Part shown: positions 1 through 12,643 of the stretch, in pieces
Layout: each line of letters begins with the position of its first letter
Position numbering within the stretch: position 1 is the first letter of the stretch
Assembly (NCBI RefSeq): GCF_018977255.1
Contig: NW_024704743.1
Span: 64,172,001 to 64,236,000 of the forward strand
Source of the DNA: Callorhinchus milii
Lineage: Eukaryota
Length of the DNA: 64,000 bases
Direction: 5' to 3'
Program-made: the position numbers and the translations under genes
The notes under the pieces: generated by a model
The model's input: the letters and a program-made list of their open reading frames with translations, nothing else
The model's database searches: none
What the model was told of the DNA's origin: nothing

Positions 1-143
1 ATAAATGTTCTGCCTTGTAGCAGCGTGAGCTATAATAATACGTAATCACACACCAACATTTAGTAGATTTTGGTAAAATCCAGATGTATTTTGTTAATTG
101 CGACTTCTGGTTTGCGAAAATCGAATTGTGAAGTCTAAAATAG

Positions 144-594
<451 letters not shown>

Positions 595-2339
595 GTAGGT
601 TTCACCTTCATTATTTTTGATAACTAGAGTTCAATAAGTGTTAAGAAATTGTACACTGAGTGTTGCAGTCGAAAATAAAATAGCAATTTCATACACAATG
701 AAGAATCATAATGGGGCTTTTTATACCACAAGTGAGAAAATGTCACAACTCACAAATGAAGGCAGAATAGATTACAAAGGTCTTATTCGCAAGTTGACTA
801 AACACTGTTTCCCACTGTTCCTAATTTTGTGTTCTGTTTATATCACCAATTGAACTTTGATCTGTATAAAAGTTCCATTTATTAAAATGTTCATATAATT
901 GTGAAAAAAATGCACATTGAAGCCAGTTAAGCTTCATTATTGAGTCATGAGAAAGCTTTTCAAGTGTTATGGTATAGATATAATTCCACTATGGTAGAAT
1001 ATTAATGATTTAGTCCTGGTTTGTGGGGTTACAGCATCAGAGAAAGTGAATTAAATAATAGCCAAGAGTATTGGACAGTCCTGGCAAATGATGTCCAGGA
1101 TAAAAAGAGAGTTCACAATTATATGACTGTGGCATTAGTCATATAAAATCTATGGCATTATGACTGTGACTATTATATATCTATTGCCCTATGACTATAT
1201 ATCACAACACATCAAACAAGCAAACATGTCTCTTCTAAAGGCTGGCAGCAGTTTTAGAGAAAACAGTAACACAAGTACGTTTTTGGCAAACAGTTTACAA
1301 AATAGTCAAAGTTTGCTTGTCCCTTTAAGAATGACAGGTAAAACAATGTACATAGCTTTTATTGCTCTTTGGTATCTTAACACTACAGAAAGAAGAAAGC
1401 ACAGATATGCACTTTTTTAGTGCCTTAATAATACTTTGAAGTATCTCAAACCACATCACAAGTACAGAAATTACTGTTGAGTGCCTTTTTTTGTTGGTGC
1501 AAGGCACAGAATTAAATCAATTTAGTTAATAGCTATAGCTAATATTGAGAGGAAACATTTTTGTAAACTTTTGTTGTGGCAACCCTGCTCTTAACATAAT
1601 TTTTTTGATTCAAAGCTTATGGCTGCCAACTTGTGACTAGATTCCAGCAGTAATGTCTCCCTTGGAACCTAAGTCAAAGCACAGGAAGAATACAGGCCAG
1701 TCTGCTGTGAGATAAAAGGCTGGTACATCTTTAGATTATATTCTTTAGGCTCATTGTTTCAGTTCATGACAGAAGTGACAGCTGTCGGTGGGGGAAGAAG
1801 GCTGGATACTGGATTCCAAGGACATAAGGCAGCAGAAAGGATACCTTCATCTATGTCTTGGAATATACAGTAGTTAGCTAAAGTATCATAAAAGAGTTCT
1901 TTAATCTACCATTTCCTGAAAGAGTTTTTTTAAAAAAAGGCTAGGTTTAAAACAAAATTATTAATACTATATATTTCTTTAAGCACAAGATTGAGATGAA
2001 AGACAGGTCCAAAAAGAAAAAAAAAAAAATCCTGTGATCAGGCAATGAATGGAAAACATGTCAAAATGCTAAGAGATGTAAAACCTCTGTGCTGTGAAAA
2101 TAATTTACCAATTTATTCAACTCATGTTTTTTCATGAGGTGAAAAAGTTTGAGAATTGGTTGCCAGAAAGTGTCAGTGTTGGGTAGGCTTAATATTACCA
2201 ACTGTGAAAAAGGCATAGTTGCATGTTTTTGTGCTGTGGAGGTTACAGGAAACTAACCTCATGTCATACAGCACCACAATGGAAAAACCTCTCCTTACAC
2301 CTCCTCTCCCCAACTCAGTCCCCTTTATAAGGCAAAGCA

Positions 2340-2830
2340 TGTTCACACCAGATGCAGGTACAAACCATCCAGCTTCCTCCCATCACTAAGACCTAAACTC
2401 ACAGTCATTAAACCGAACCCTTGAATAATACTCACCACAAACCCCAGCCTATAAACATTCAAATTCATCCTCTTAGACTTCTTCAAAAATCTTCAAAAAC
2501 CTGTTGTTTTATTTAATTCATAATTAACATCTAACCCTACCATAGAAAGAAAAGGCCTATTTTGTTCTCACAGAAAATTCATCAACAAAGTCCCATCACC
2601 TGACCAAAACAGTTGACTTCTCCAAGTCTCACGCATGTCAAGTAGCTTTCCTCCACAATGCTCTTCTCTGGGTCTGACACAGCAGCTCTCCTCTAGGACC
2701 AGCACAACTCTTCTCAATGTTCAGTGCTGAGCTTCTTATGACCGTGTGCTCCACCACAACTGCCACTCAACTCAGACAGTCACTATATACCCCTCTGCCA
2801 TTTCCAGTAATAGGTTCCTGCTGAAAAGCA
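2340..2830 (-). mobile_element. Possible decayed solo LTR
   Basis: On the minus strand: TATA-like GGGTATATAG (~2785), AATAAA (~2510) and a terminal ...TGTGAACA (~2340), with a compositional shift. Confidence 0.25.
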
Positions 2831-3929
2831 TCTAATTTTTTAAAAAAATTATAACAAAATAAATTGGATGCAAGACACAAACATGTATTGCACACCCATA
2901 ATATGGTTTCTGTGCCACTGGCAACTACAGCTGCTATTGTCCACTAATGCTCATGTGCTAGGGGTGAGCCTTTGCTCGTAAATTTATCCTGGGGCGAGTT
3001 TCTAATAAGATAAATGCATACTGGCATAGCACGGAAATAAATTGCCCCCCAAGAGAAATACTCCTCTACTTTAGTAATCACATAAAATGAAGCCTTGACA
3101 TGTAGCCTTTGTTTAGACGAGAGGTACGGTCTCAGAATCTTTAGAATTCATTGGAACAAACTAACATTTGGGTAATACCATTCTTTGTGATGTTATTTCT
3201 GCTTCTCTGATTTTATAACTGTTTCCTTGGGGCATCAGAGTGAAGCTTAACAGCTTTCAATGTGTAAGTCTTTCCACAGAATTACAAATGACCTTTTAAC
3301 ACAAATTTGTGTCTACATTTTTACTTGTGGTACAAATGTGATATATACAGGGGAACAGTGGCTTGGTACATGGTCACTAAAAGGATTGAAAACTTTCAAT
3401 GCAAGGGACATTAGAAACCTGTTACAACCAATAAAAATAGTGTGCAGATTTAACATTAATAATGAATACAACAAATTCTACCAGAATTCCTTAATAATGT
3501 CTCCCAAGTATGAGCCTCCTTCCCATGAAGAGCATTACACTGGCAACTGGGAACTCCACTTTCGAATAGATCATGTTGGAATGGAGTTCCTGTGTGTTGG
3601 CATGATGACACCAAGTTACCAGAAGGATTCCCCATTTGCAATTTGGAGACATTATTGAAGAACCTGGTAAAAGCAAAATAGGAGATATCACACCTTACTG
3701 CAGATACTTAACAATGACATTAATTCGTTCCTGGGACTGCTCACTTCAGTCCAAAGTAGTTACAAATTGCACCTAGTTAGGGGCAAATCTGGAATCTAAG
3801 CAGACAAGATCTTATGAAGAGAGCATGACACCTGGGCTTATCACTGACAAATGAAGTTCAGCACAGATCAGTGCAAGGTTTGGGAAGTAAAAATAGGAGG
3901 AACACAATAGAACATACTAAGGGAGAAGT

Positions 3930-4090
3930 TGAAAGAAACCGAGGGATGATGCAAAGCAAGGGGACACAGAATTAGAACTGAACCAGTTAGAAGTGAGATC
4001 AGAAAACATTTCTTCACTTAGAGGCTGGTGAGAATGTAGAATGCACTGCCCCAAAAGAATTGATTGGATGTTTAAGAGAGAGAGAGAGAG

Positions 4091-4127
<37 letters not shown>

Positions 4128-4760
4128 GATCCTTAAGGAGTATGAATATTAGGGGATATGAAGATAAGGCAGGGAAATGCATTAAAATCTTCATTATCTA
4201 ATAAAAAATTGTAATAGGCCCATGTGTTGTTATGTTAGTTAACTTGTCCAAACATTGCAGGCAGTAATAAACCAAGGCAAACATGATGCTGGGCTACATT
4301 GTGAAATCAGTTCAGCTCAGATCTCGAGGAGTTATTCTCAAGCACTATAATGTGTGTTGTATAATGCACTAGTTTCGCCAAACCTAGAATATAGCATACA
4401 ATTCTAGACACCTGACACCAAGGGAGCTTCTGAAGGCTGTTCAAAGGAAACAAGTAAGGATGAAAATAAAGAGAAATGCCATCAGCTATGGACAACTACA
4501 AGATAACACAAGTCCATTCAGTCTTAAAAGGACCAAATGCTAAATAAGATTGAGAAATTAAAGCCAGTACAATCATTTCAGTTATAACAAGGCAGCGAAT
4601 CAGTGGGCATGGGTTCTGTTGAGAAGGTAATGACCAGAGCAGATTATTATGAAGGGTGGTAGAGGCCAGGACTCTAAACTTATTTAAGAATGAGAAGCTG
4701 GTCAGGTGGGTAGTCTGAAAGGATTAAATCAAATGGGCTGGAGGGTTTACTTCATCCATC
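3930..4760 (+). mobile_element. Decayed CR1-type LINE 3' fragments with an embedded (GA)n
   Basis: RKHFFTxRLVRMxNALP-like remnant at ~4000-4050 and KANMMLGYI-like remnant at ~4275-4300. Confidence 0.6.
4075..4123. repeat. (GA)n microsatellite
   Basis: Direct reading. Confidence 0.95.
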
Positions 4761-7521
4761 CCTCTCTTAGGATCTTGAGAACTAATCGGACCCAAATTCA
4801 GGAGACAAATTAACAGATATTTGGAGGTGCTCTTTATTTGCATATAAACTGACTTCAGACAGATTCATACTTGTAAGGTTTTAATTTGCATATAACCCTG
4901 GCCCCTAACCATTGACACCCCTGGTTAAAACTTCACTTGGTTATGTTTATTTCCTCCCATTTCGAATTGTTCATCTCTTGATGCATATGCTCCGCTCTCT
5001 CTTCTTGAGGATTTCTGTTCTGCCCCATTTCACACAGTAACCATTCTCTGCTACTCACTGTTAAAAGATTGCTTTGTATGGTGTTTAGAAAGCATGCCAG
5101 CAGCACATAACAAAATTAAATCAAGCAGAATCCCAAATCATTCAAATTTTGGGATTCGATTAAATGAAGTCAAAGTTGAATCTTTATTGGTTTGGAAATA
5201 ATCCAATCACCAAATGGGTGAATGAAGTCTGAGTGCAGTTGGGGCCTTTAAAATAACAAAGTGTGGGAGCATGTCAAGATGCAATCTTTACCCATCCTAA
5301 CCAAAGATTGGAGCCAAAGGCCAATTCAATTGCCTCTAGTAGTAGAAGATCAGTTTGCATATAGACTGTCTCAATGTTTTTCAATGGGACAAAAAATAAT
5401 AGTGATTTCTATTAGGATTTTTTAATAAGTAAGCATGTCACTTCAACCTGCTCTGTGCTGTTTATTTTCAGAGCAGTTTACATGAGTTGGTGTAACATGA
5501 TTGATGTACTTCATTTACTGAAAGTCCCTAATCAGATTCCTGCTTGAAATCACTGGATATTAGACCCTACATGAAACATTGTAAATACATGGGGTATTTT
5601 AGATTCTACTCTTGTTGTTGATCTCAGATGAATAGCCTACATTTTTCATAATTCTGAATTAAATTCTCACAACCTCTGCGTCATCATGACTTATGGTGCA
5701 GACTGTGTCACTAAACCCTGAAGCATATCCTTTATCCCATAGATTTTGAGACTATACCTATGGTGTAAACACCTGTCTCAGCATCCAGATTCACATCTTT
5801 AATCAAAGATTTAAACCATCATGTTTAAAGTTGTCCTAAATATAACATAAAACTATTTGGAAAAATAAGTTCCAGAGGCCCCAAAATGTTTTTGAACTCG
5901 GCCTTAATTTTTAAAATGAACTTGGGAAAGCCATTTGAAGTCTGAATTTAAGAATTTTCCAAAATTCTGTATGATTTTCAACTTTAAGACCGGTCTGAAG
6001 GCTACAACCATGAGAACTTTCAGATATTTCAGAAAACTCTGTTTAAGGCGGCTAAATATTATGTTTTTGAGCATTCATCAGTTTGATACTGTAATTTAAG
6101 ATCTACAGATTCAAACACATTACAAACTTCTGTTTAACCAATTTCGTTCTTATAAATGTCCTTCCATGAGAATAAACTTTCTTTTAAAAAGGCTTGAAAT
6201 ATGTTCAAACACTCCCTCCACCTTCCCTCTGCTGAACCCAAACTGCTGCTCCTGATAAAGAGCCCATTGCCATTTGTCATCATTGTCACCCCTACTATTA
6301 CAAAGTACCGGTCTCTTTTTTCACGCTTGCAGGATGTGTACAATAAAGTCATTACTTTACACACGTGGGCTGAAATTCCCAGCGATGTTACGTCTAGCAC
6401 CTTTTGGAAATCCCATTAGCAGCTGACATCGCCAAAAGCACTACTCTTAATGCCAACCAGAATTCAGCTCTACAGGCTCACTGCATGGTCAACAATTGTA
6501 AAACCTAATCTGCAATGGAGTAAAGCCCCTCAAAAAGAAAACCCGCTTTGCTAATCTTTGTTAAGTATCCATTACTGAGACCTAACTATTTGTCCTTATA
6601 CACCTATGTCACACTGTGATTTTAAAGAAAATTAAAAATGGATTTGTGTGAGAATTTTAATTAGGTGTGAGACTTCCATCAGTAAGGTTTTTAAAACACT
6701 AATATTTGAACAGTTTGCCTAGCATTAAAACTCTACTCTAATATAAAGGAACATTTTCAAAGCTTGTTGGAAAACACGCATTATAGCACTAAAGTCTTGT
6801 ATCGAGGTGCTTGTAAGCACATTATTTTAGTTTGACATAATAGTCTCGTTTTTCATATTCATAACAATTCTTAAGCCAACTGATCTTCCACAGACATATT
6901 GTTTATATATAGTAATGTATAACAAATTTATGACTGTAAGAAAATGTTGACTGGAACTTAGTGCTATAATTAGTTGGTGTTCAGTACATGCGTATATCAT
7001 TGGTACCCTTGTAGAAATTAGTTTTCAAGGTTCAGTGACCCTCTATGATTGAATTTTCATTGCTAATTATTTTTTGATTTTCAGATTTTGCTTTCAAAAA
7101 TAATGTAATATAACAGGAAAAGAGAAATGTCAATCTTTGGTAAATAAGTCATTTGCTTTCATTTTCTTCACCAGAGCATTTTTGCCAGTAAATCCATTGT
7201 CGGGAGAGTGTTCCAGTAATAGACTAGCCTTCAAACCAGATTTGGCCACTTTCCATCTTCCTTATTAGCATTGAGGGTCAACTGAAGCATCAAATACAAG
7301 GGTACTTATGGTAATGCGATCCTGTAGATGAACAAATAATAATGTTATAAAACCTTTCCAAATCAGACATGTTTCGTAGTGCTGGAGAGTAAACCTTATA
7401 ATTATATTAAGTTCTTGGTCTTTAAGTTTGCTTTTCCATCATTAGTCATTATGTGCATTTCCTCAGATTAATTTCACTCATAATGTTGAACCTTTTATTT
7501 GAAAAGACTTTAGAGTCTCAG

Positions 7522-7749
7522 TAATGTTTCATCATCAAATCATGAAAAACCCTTTTGTTATTTCTCTTCTTTAACACATAACATGTTCCCCCCTTGATCC
7601 TCATCTTTCCCTTCTTTTCTTCCAATTGCCTGTTCCATATGTTGACCAATCTAATCCCACCCTCTGTGTTTGCTCCCCCTCCTTCCACCCTGACCCACCC
7701 TGGCTTGACCCACCCAACTGTTTGTTCCTGTTCCTCTCTTCGTTTGCAG
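7522..7749 (+). promoter_or_regulatory. Extended C-rich polypyrimidine tract / AG-exclusion zone of the exon A acceptor
   Basis: No AG dinucleotide between 7522 and 7747. Contains C-runs and two TGACCCACCC copies (7691, 7706). Confidence 0.75.
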
Positions 7750-8098
7750 CTTAGAGATGGCTAAAGTCAGCACCCAGACTGCTTCCGTCACGAACCCTGT
7801 TGACCTCAACATGAACCTCTCTCAGTCTGCTACCCCTACCTCCACCCCCACCTCTGTGGCTGTTTTGGCGGCAGCGGCAGCTGCCTCCGCGGTTAATGTG
7901 AATACCTCTCCCCCTTTACCGACCACCCACTATGCCGTTCCTGTCTCCAGTCTGCTTGGCATGAAAACTGTCCCACTCCTGGCACTTAATGCCGCGGCGG
8001 CTGCGGGGGCCTCGGGGAATTTATCTGCTTACACTGCCAAAATTCCTTCGACGAGTGGGGTTAAGAAATCTGACCGGCAGAAGTTTGCTCCGTATTGA
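7750..8098 (+). CDS. PCBP3: Alternative terminal exon A: long Ala/Pro/Thr-rich PCBP4-type C-terminus (S)LEMAK...AYTAK...KKSDRQKFAPY*
   Basis: Long pyrimidine tract then tttgcag|C. Phase matches the donor at 594 (AG+C=Ser). Open to TGA at 8096-8098. Motifs LE.AK, P.DL, YA....S..G.K..P.LAL, AYTAK and KK..RQKF.PY match the recalled PCBP4 tail. Confidence 0.85.
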
Positions 8099-8572
8099 AG
8101 GGATGTGAATGCAGGTTTTCCAGTCTCTACCAAGATCCTGTGGTAGATAATAGATACTAAGGAAAGAAAACGAAAAAAATTAAACTTTCTTAATTTCTTA
8201 TGTAATGTTGACACCTAAAATTGTCTTCCACTTTCCATTACTATTAACAATATGATGCAACTAGTTCCAACAGCCCACAGACCTCCTATATAAAAGGGAC
8301 TATGAATCTGTCTTTTTAAAAAGCTGAGATAAGATGATTATGGCTTTTTAGTGGGAGATTATTCTGATGGTACCCAGTGATTCCACAACTGAAATCTGAG
8401 GCAGGGATATTTCACAGATTGCTCAGGAATAGCAGAATTGTCATCAATTCTATCCCAACCTCACGACAGACAAGGGAACTGTTAGAACAAGGAAAAAGTT
8501 AAGAAGCTATAAACATGTCATTTTGCAAGAAAGTGATGTAAGGGAGGGTCATATGCATGACCGATAAAATTC

Positions 8573-8578
8573 AATAAA
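8573..8578 (+). terminator. Candidate proximal polyadenylation signal for the exon A isoform
   Basis: AATAAA followed by GT/T-rich sequence. Further AATAAA at 9632, 9727 and 9750. Confidence 0.3.
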
Positions 8579-11500
8579 GTTGTTTTTAGTTATTGAGATG
8601 ACATTGCAGTCAGCCCGCAGTATCTCGCTGAGAAGAGAATTAAAACCATAATTGAATCAGTGACCTGGGAGTGCAGTATTGAGTGCTCGCTGTACAATCC
8701 GAAAGACATATATTGAAGTCCTGAACTGCCTTCGACTCAAATCTGCCTGCCTGGTTGGGATTTGTTTTGTTATTTAGCTTTTAGCCTGACCGCTGGATGG
8801 AGAACCTTACAACGGCAAAGCTTTTCACTGGGGGAAAGGGAGACTATCATGTACAGTATGTCTCATAAAAGCACCATAGCAGGGAAGAAGATCTGAATCG
8901 ATAACACATTTGCTAAATTGAAACTGTCCTGGGAATACCATCTTTAAAGATGTAAGACCATACTGCCAGGGGAAACAGAATATTCAGCAATGGATTGAAT
9001 GTATGCATGCCCTGACTCACAACAGCAGACACATTTCAGCTAGTCAGTGAGAGCCTCATGACTCCAGTCAGCAAAAAATGGACAGATGGAAAAGGTTAAG
9101 TGGGGAAAGCTGTGTATGTATATACATAACCACAATAAATGTCCCTGCTCATACTTCAGGACCATTAAAATTGTTTTTCTTCATTTCCCAATTTTCATTC
9201 TTAAATACCCATTGTTTTGATTGGGTAAAAGTCAATCTGCAAAAAACAATTTTGGCTGAATTTCATTTTTAAAAATTAAATTTGCAAATATTGTTGGCAT
9301 CGGTGATGGCGCACACTCACCCTGAAACTCGCCTCCCTACACTGCTGGTTCCAGGAATGATGTGTGGGTGGGTGGGTGAGAGGGTTTGGGCAATTGTGCA
9401 TGCATCACATTGCACAGACTGGGAAGACAGATCTGGGAATCTGTGTGGATTGTACTACGCACAAATTCCCAGAACCAGGAATGTAGTGAAGTGGGTTTGG
9501 AGGTGTGTGTATCATTCTTGCCTTGAAAAAATCAATCGGATTTCTTACCTCGATCTGTAAAGGTAGAATTGTTTTTTAAAAAAGCAAAGTTAATGTTTTG
9601 TTAGTAACTGACTTGATTTTGAATTTTCCAGAATAAATCCCAATTTTCACCTAACTGAACCCCAATTGTTTTGTGTCAGTTTGTCCCACGATTTTCTCAC
9701 TTTTTTGACAGACAATATAGATCCTGAATAAACTGCAAATTCTCGGATAAATAAAAAAGACTTTAATGGTCTTTTCTCACAGTCAATCTGGATTTGATGA
9801 ACGTTCATTAAACAAAGGAATATTTTGCGGTTGAAGCTAGGTGGTTAGTTTGCAAACATGTTCTCCACAGAACAAAAAGACATAGACTCAAGAAAAGCAG
9901 AGAAAATTATTAATCAGAAAATTGAAGAAACAGAGTCATGCACCACTTTTTGGGGGAGGGGTTTGTTTATTACCTTTATTTAAAAGATCAGTGATTACAT
10001 ATGGGGATGACACACTCTCAGTCAAGCTGACTTCTTGAATTTTTAATGGTAAGATTCAGCAGCAGCCACAACTGTGTACTTGCTCAATATACCTAGCCCT
10101 GCTTCACATTGCACAAGGCTTGGAGTGCTTCAATCTGTAGACATTAAAACTAGTGACATTGGGGTCTAATAGGTGGGATTTTACAAGAAATATTTGTAAG
10201 CAGTGAATCCCTGATGCGTCATTGCTGACTCTCCGGTACACGGACAGTTCTGACATCTGTGAAGTTGGCGCAAAAGGCCGAGTAGCAGAGGGTTGACTGT
10301 GACACATCCAAGATTCTCTATTTACTAATCCTTTTACAAATCCTATAGTTTAAACCCATTTATATTGCACCCTTCGTGCCAGGTAGCGTCCCAAAGAGAG
10401 CATCATTCTCAAGCCACTGTTGCATGTCTACTGGCAATCAGGTCAGGAGGGACCTGAGAGCTACTGCATGTCCTCTCAGCCACAGTTAATGCAATGTCTG
10501 GAGAGAACATAGACAGAGAACAAGTAACATGGAAGAGTTTCCTCATCCCAGCACCATAAAACCTATAATTTGGCAGAATGGTAGCTTCATTGTTACTGAT
10601 CAGGTCACTGATTTATGCAGCAGATAGACAGCACCTTCATGAGACATTTGAGCAGCTGCAGATTTGTGTAGAATAGAAGTCCCACCATACTCTGGGTTCT
10701 TATTGAAATAAGCTAGAAAGAATAGTCAGTAAAGGCAGTGTATGGCCCTCTGTGCGACAATGTACTGGGCAAGAGACTCGCTTTTCATTCTGAAATCTGA
10801 ATTTGGTTTTGTTTGCTTATGTTTGTGGGTCACGTAGCATATTTTGAAGATGCCACTATACTGTTCATTTTCTAATTGATTTTTAATGGAAGAGGAAACC
10901 ATCCACACACTGCTAATCTGTTGCAGGGCCACTTCTCTGTCAAGCAGGTTGTAGCTAGAGGCAGCCTACGTGATGTACATTTACTAGTACTGTAATATTT
11001 TGAGGAGGTGTAGTAATAGAATAGTATTTTGGACCTACGCCTCTTAATATGTATATGGGTAGGAGTTAGGAAGGAAACTGTTGAAAAAGACTTATAAACA
11101 TTACAATTTAATTTAGGATCAAATGCGGCCACAGATTAACATTCATAGTGTAGCTCTCTTCTCTATTTGAAGAAATGTTAACAGTTTAACATTTCTTCAA
11201 AGGATAACATTCAAATATTTTATCAAGCTATTACTGGAAAGAAATAGAATCCACCTCACAACTTGTCAGGGTGCAAACTGCTGCCGACCTGTTCTGAAAA
11301 CAATTGCAGGGAACTACCCAATGAAAATAACTATCGCCCCAATCCTCTGGTCTTTACCTGTTGGAACTAGTTTATACTACATTTTATGTTTTGTCCGTCT
11401 ACCTTTTTAATTTAGTTTTGTAGCACTGACACAGTAATCTGATATTGTTTTAGCCACTTTTTTTGAATTCAAAATCTCATTGACTTGCCATGTTCATCCA

Positions 11501-12047
11501 TCTTGCACTCGTCAGACCAATACACAAAACTTTAATTGTATTCAGTGTATTTGAACATACAATGAAAAAAACAAAATGCAAATGCAACACTTGTTAAGAA
11601 GTGATACTTCAAAAAAAATTAACAGTCCTAGTGTGCTGTTTTATAGGACTATGTATCTTTCAGTATTACAATGTATGTCATTGTTGTATTCTGCAGGCTC
11701 ACTATTTTAGCAAAATTGCACTAAATTACCACTATCAACTATTTGTACTTTAGAGATAGAACTGCCATTCTTACAGTGTTGCTTATTTTTAAAAGTGTTT
11801 TTTTTTGTTTGTATATAATGAAGGAACTATTTGGAAATAATGTCCAAGTACCTCAGTTATTTAACAACTTGCTCATTTGAGAATTTGTTGTAAAAACTAT
11901 TCCAAATTTATGTAATTATCTTGATCTTTCTGTAGAAAGCACTGTCAGGATTTTATCAATGAATCATGTACCTGGTTTATTGTATTTCAACATGGTTACA
12001 AGGTTGAGAAGTATTTTGTTTTTGTTGATTTTGTTCCTGCATTTTAG

Positions 12048-12084
12048 GCTGACTTCAGAAGTGTCTGGCCTGGGGGCTCTGTAA
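12048..12084 (+). CDS. PCBP3: Alternative terminal exon B: short canonical PCBP3 C-terminus (R)LTSEVSGLGAL*
   Basis: U-rich tract then cattttag|G. AG+G=Arg, then LTSEVSGLGAL-TAA, matching recalled human PCBP3 RLTSEVTGMGTL*. Not in the ORF track (too short). Confidence 0.88.
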
Positions 12085-12223
12085 TGTATCCATCATGCAA
12101 AACTGCATTAGTTACAAGACAGAACATTTGCACAGCCCCATGTGACAATGATTTCTATGGACTGTAATCTGCAGAATAAGAGAAGAATTCCTACCATTTT
12201 TAACTCAGTTCTTGATAATGAGA

Positions 12224-12466
12224 AATAAATGCTTTTACTGTCTTGATGACTCAGCAGCCTAACTCCTATTTTGCTACACCACTGTTACAATTTGACATGA
12301 CTTTTTGTGGCTCATATAACAATGAATAAATATTTAATGATTTTTTCAGGTGTTCATGCTTTAGCTACCCTTGTCCCAAAGCAAGGGCTGGTAGTGCTCC
12401 AATTTCATGTCTCCTAACATAAATGTTAAAACATATTTAAAATTCTGAAATCTTTTTATAAATAAA
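12224..12466 (+). terminator. Candidate polyadenylation signals downstream of exon B
   Basis: AATAAA at 12224, 12325 and 12461, 140-380 nt after the stop codon. Confidence 0.5.
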
Positions 12467-12583
12467 AGGACACCTGAAGAAGTGTGAAGTCTGTGAGCTT
12501 CATCATTAAATTGTGTATTTACAGATTATGTTTGGCTTGTTTGATTTAAAGTTATACAGCTCTGTATTAAATGCTAAAAGTAC

Positions 12584-12643
12584 TATATACACCCTATCCA
12601 AAATATATACACCCTATCCAAAATATATACACCCTATCCAAAA
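12584..12643. repeat. 3 x 20-bp perfect tandem repeat TATATACACCCTATCCAAAA
   Basis: Direct reading. Confidence 0.95.

Noticed and set aside
3260..3658. 132-aa intronic ORF as an extra PCBP exon
   Set aside because: No convincing acceptor or homology.
12584..12643. CRISPR-like or regulatory array
   Set aside because: No spacers; a simple tandem triplication in a vertebrate genome.
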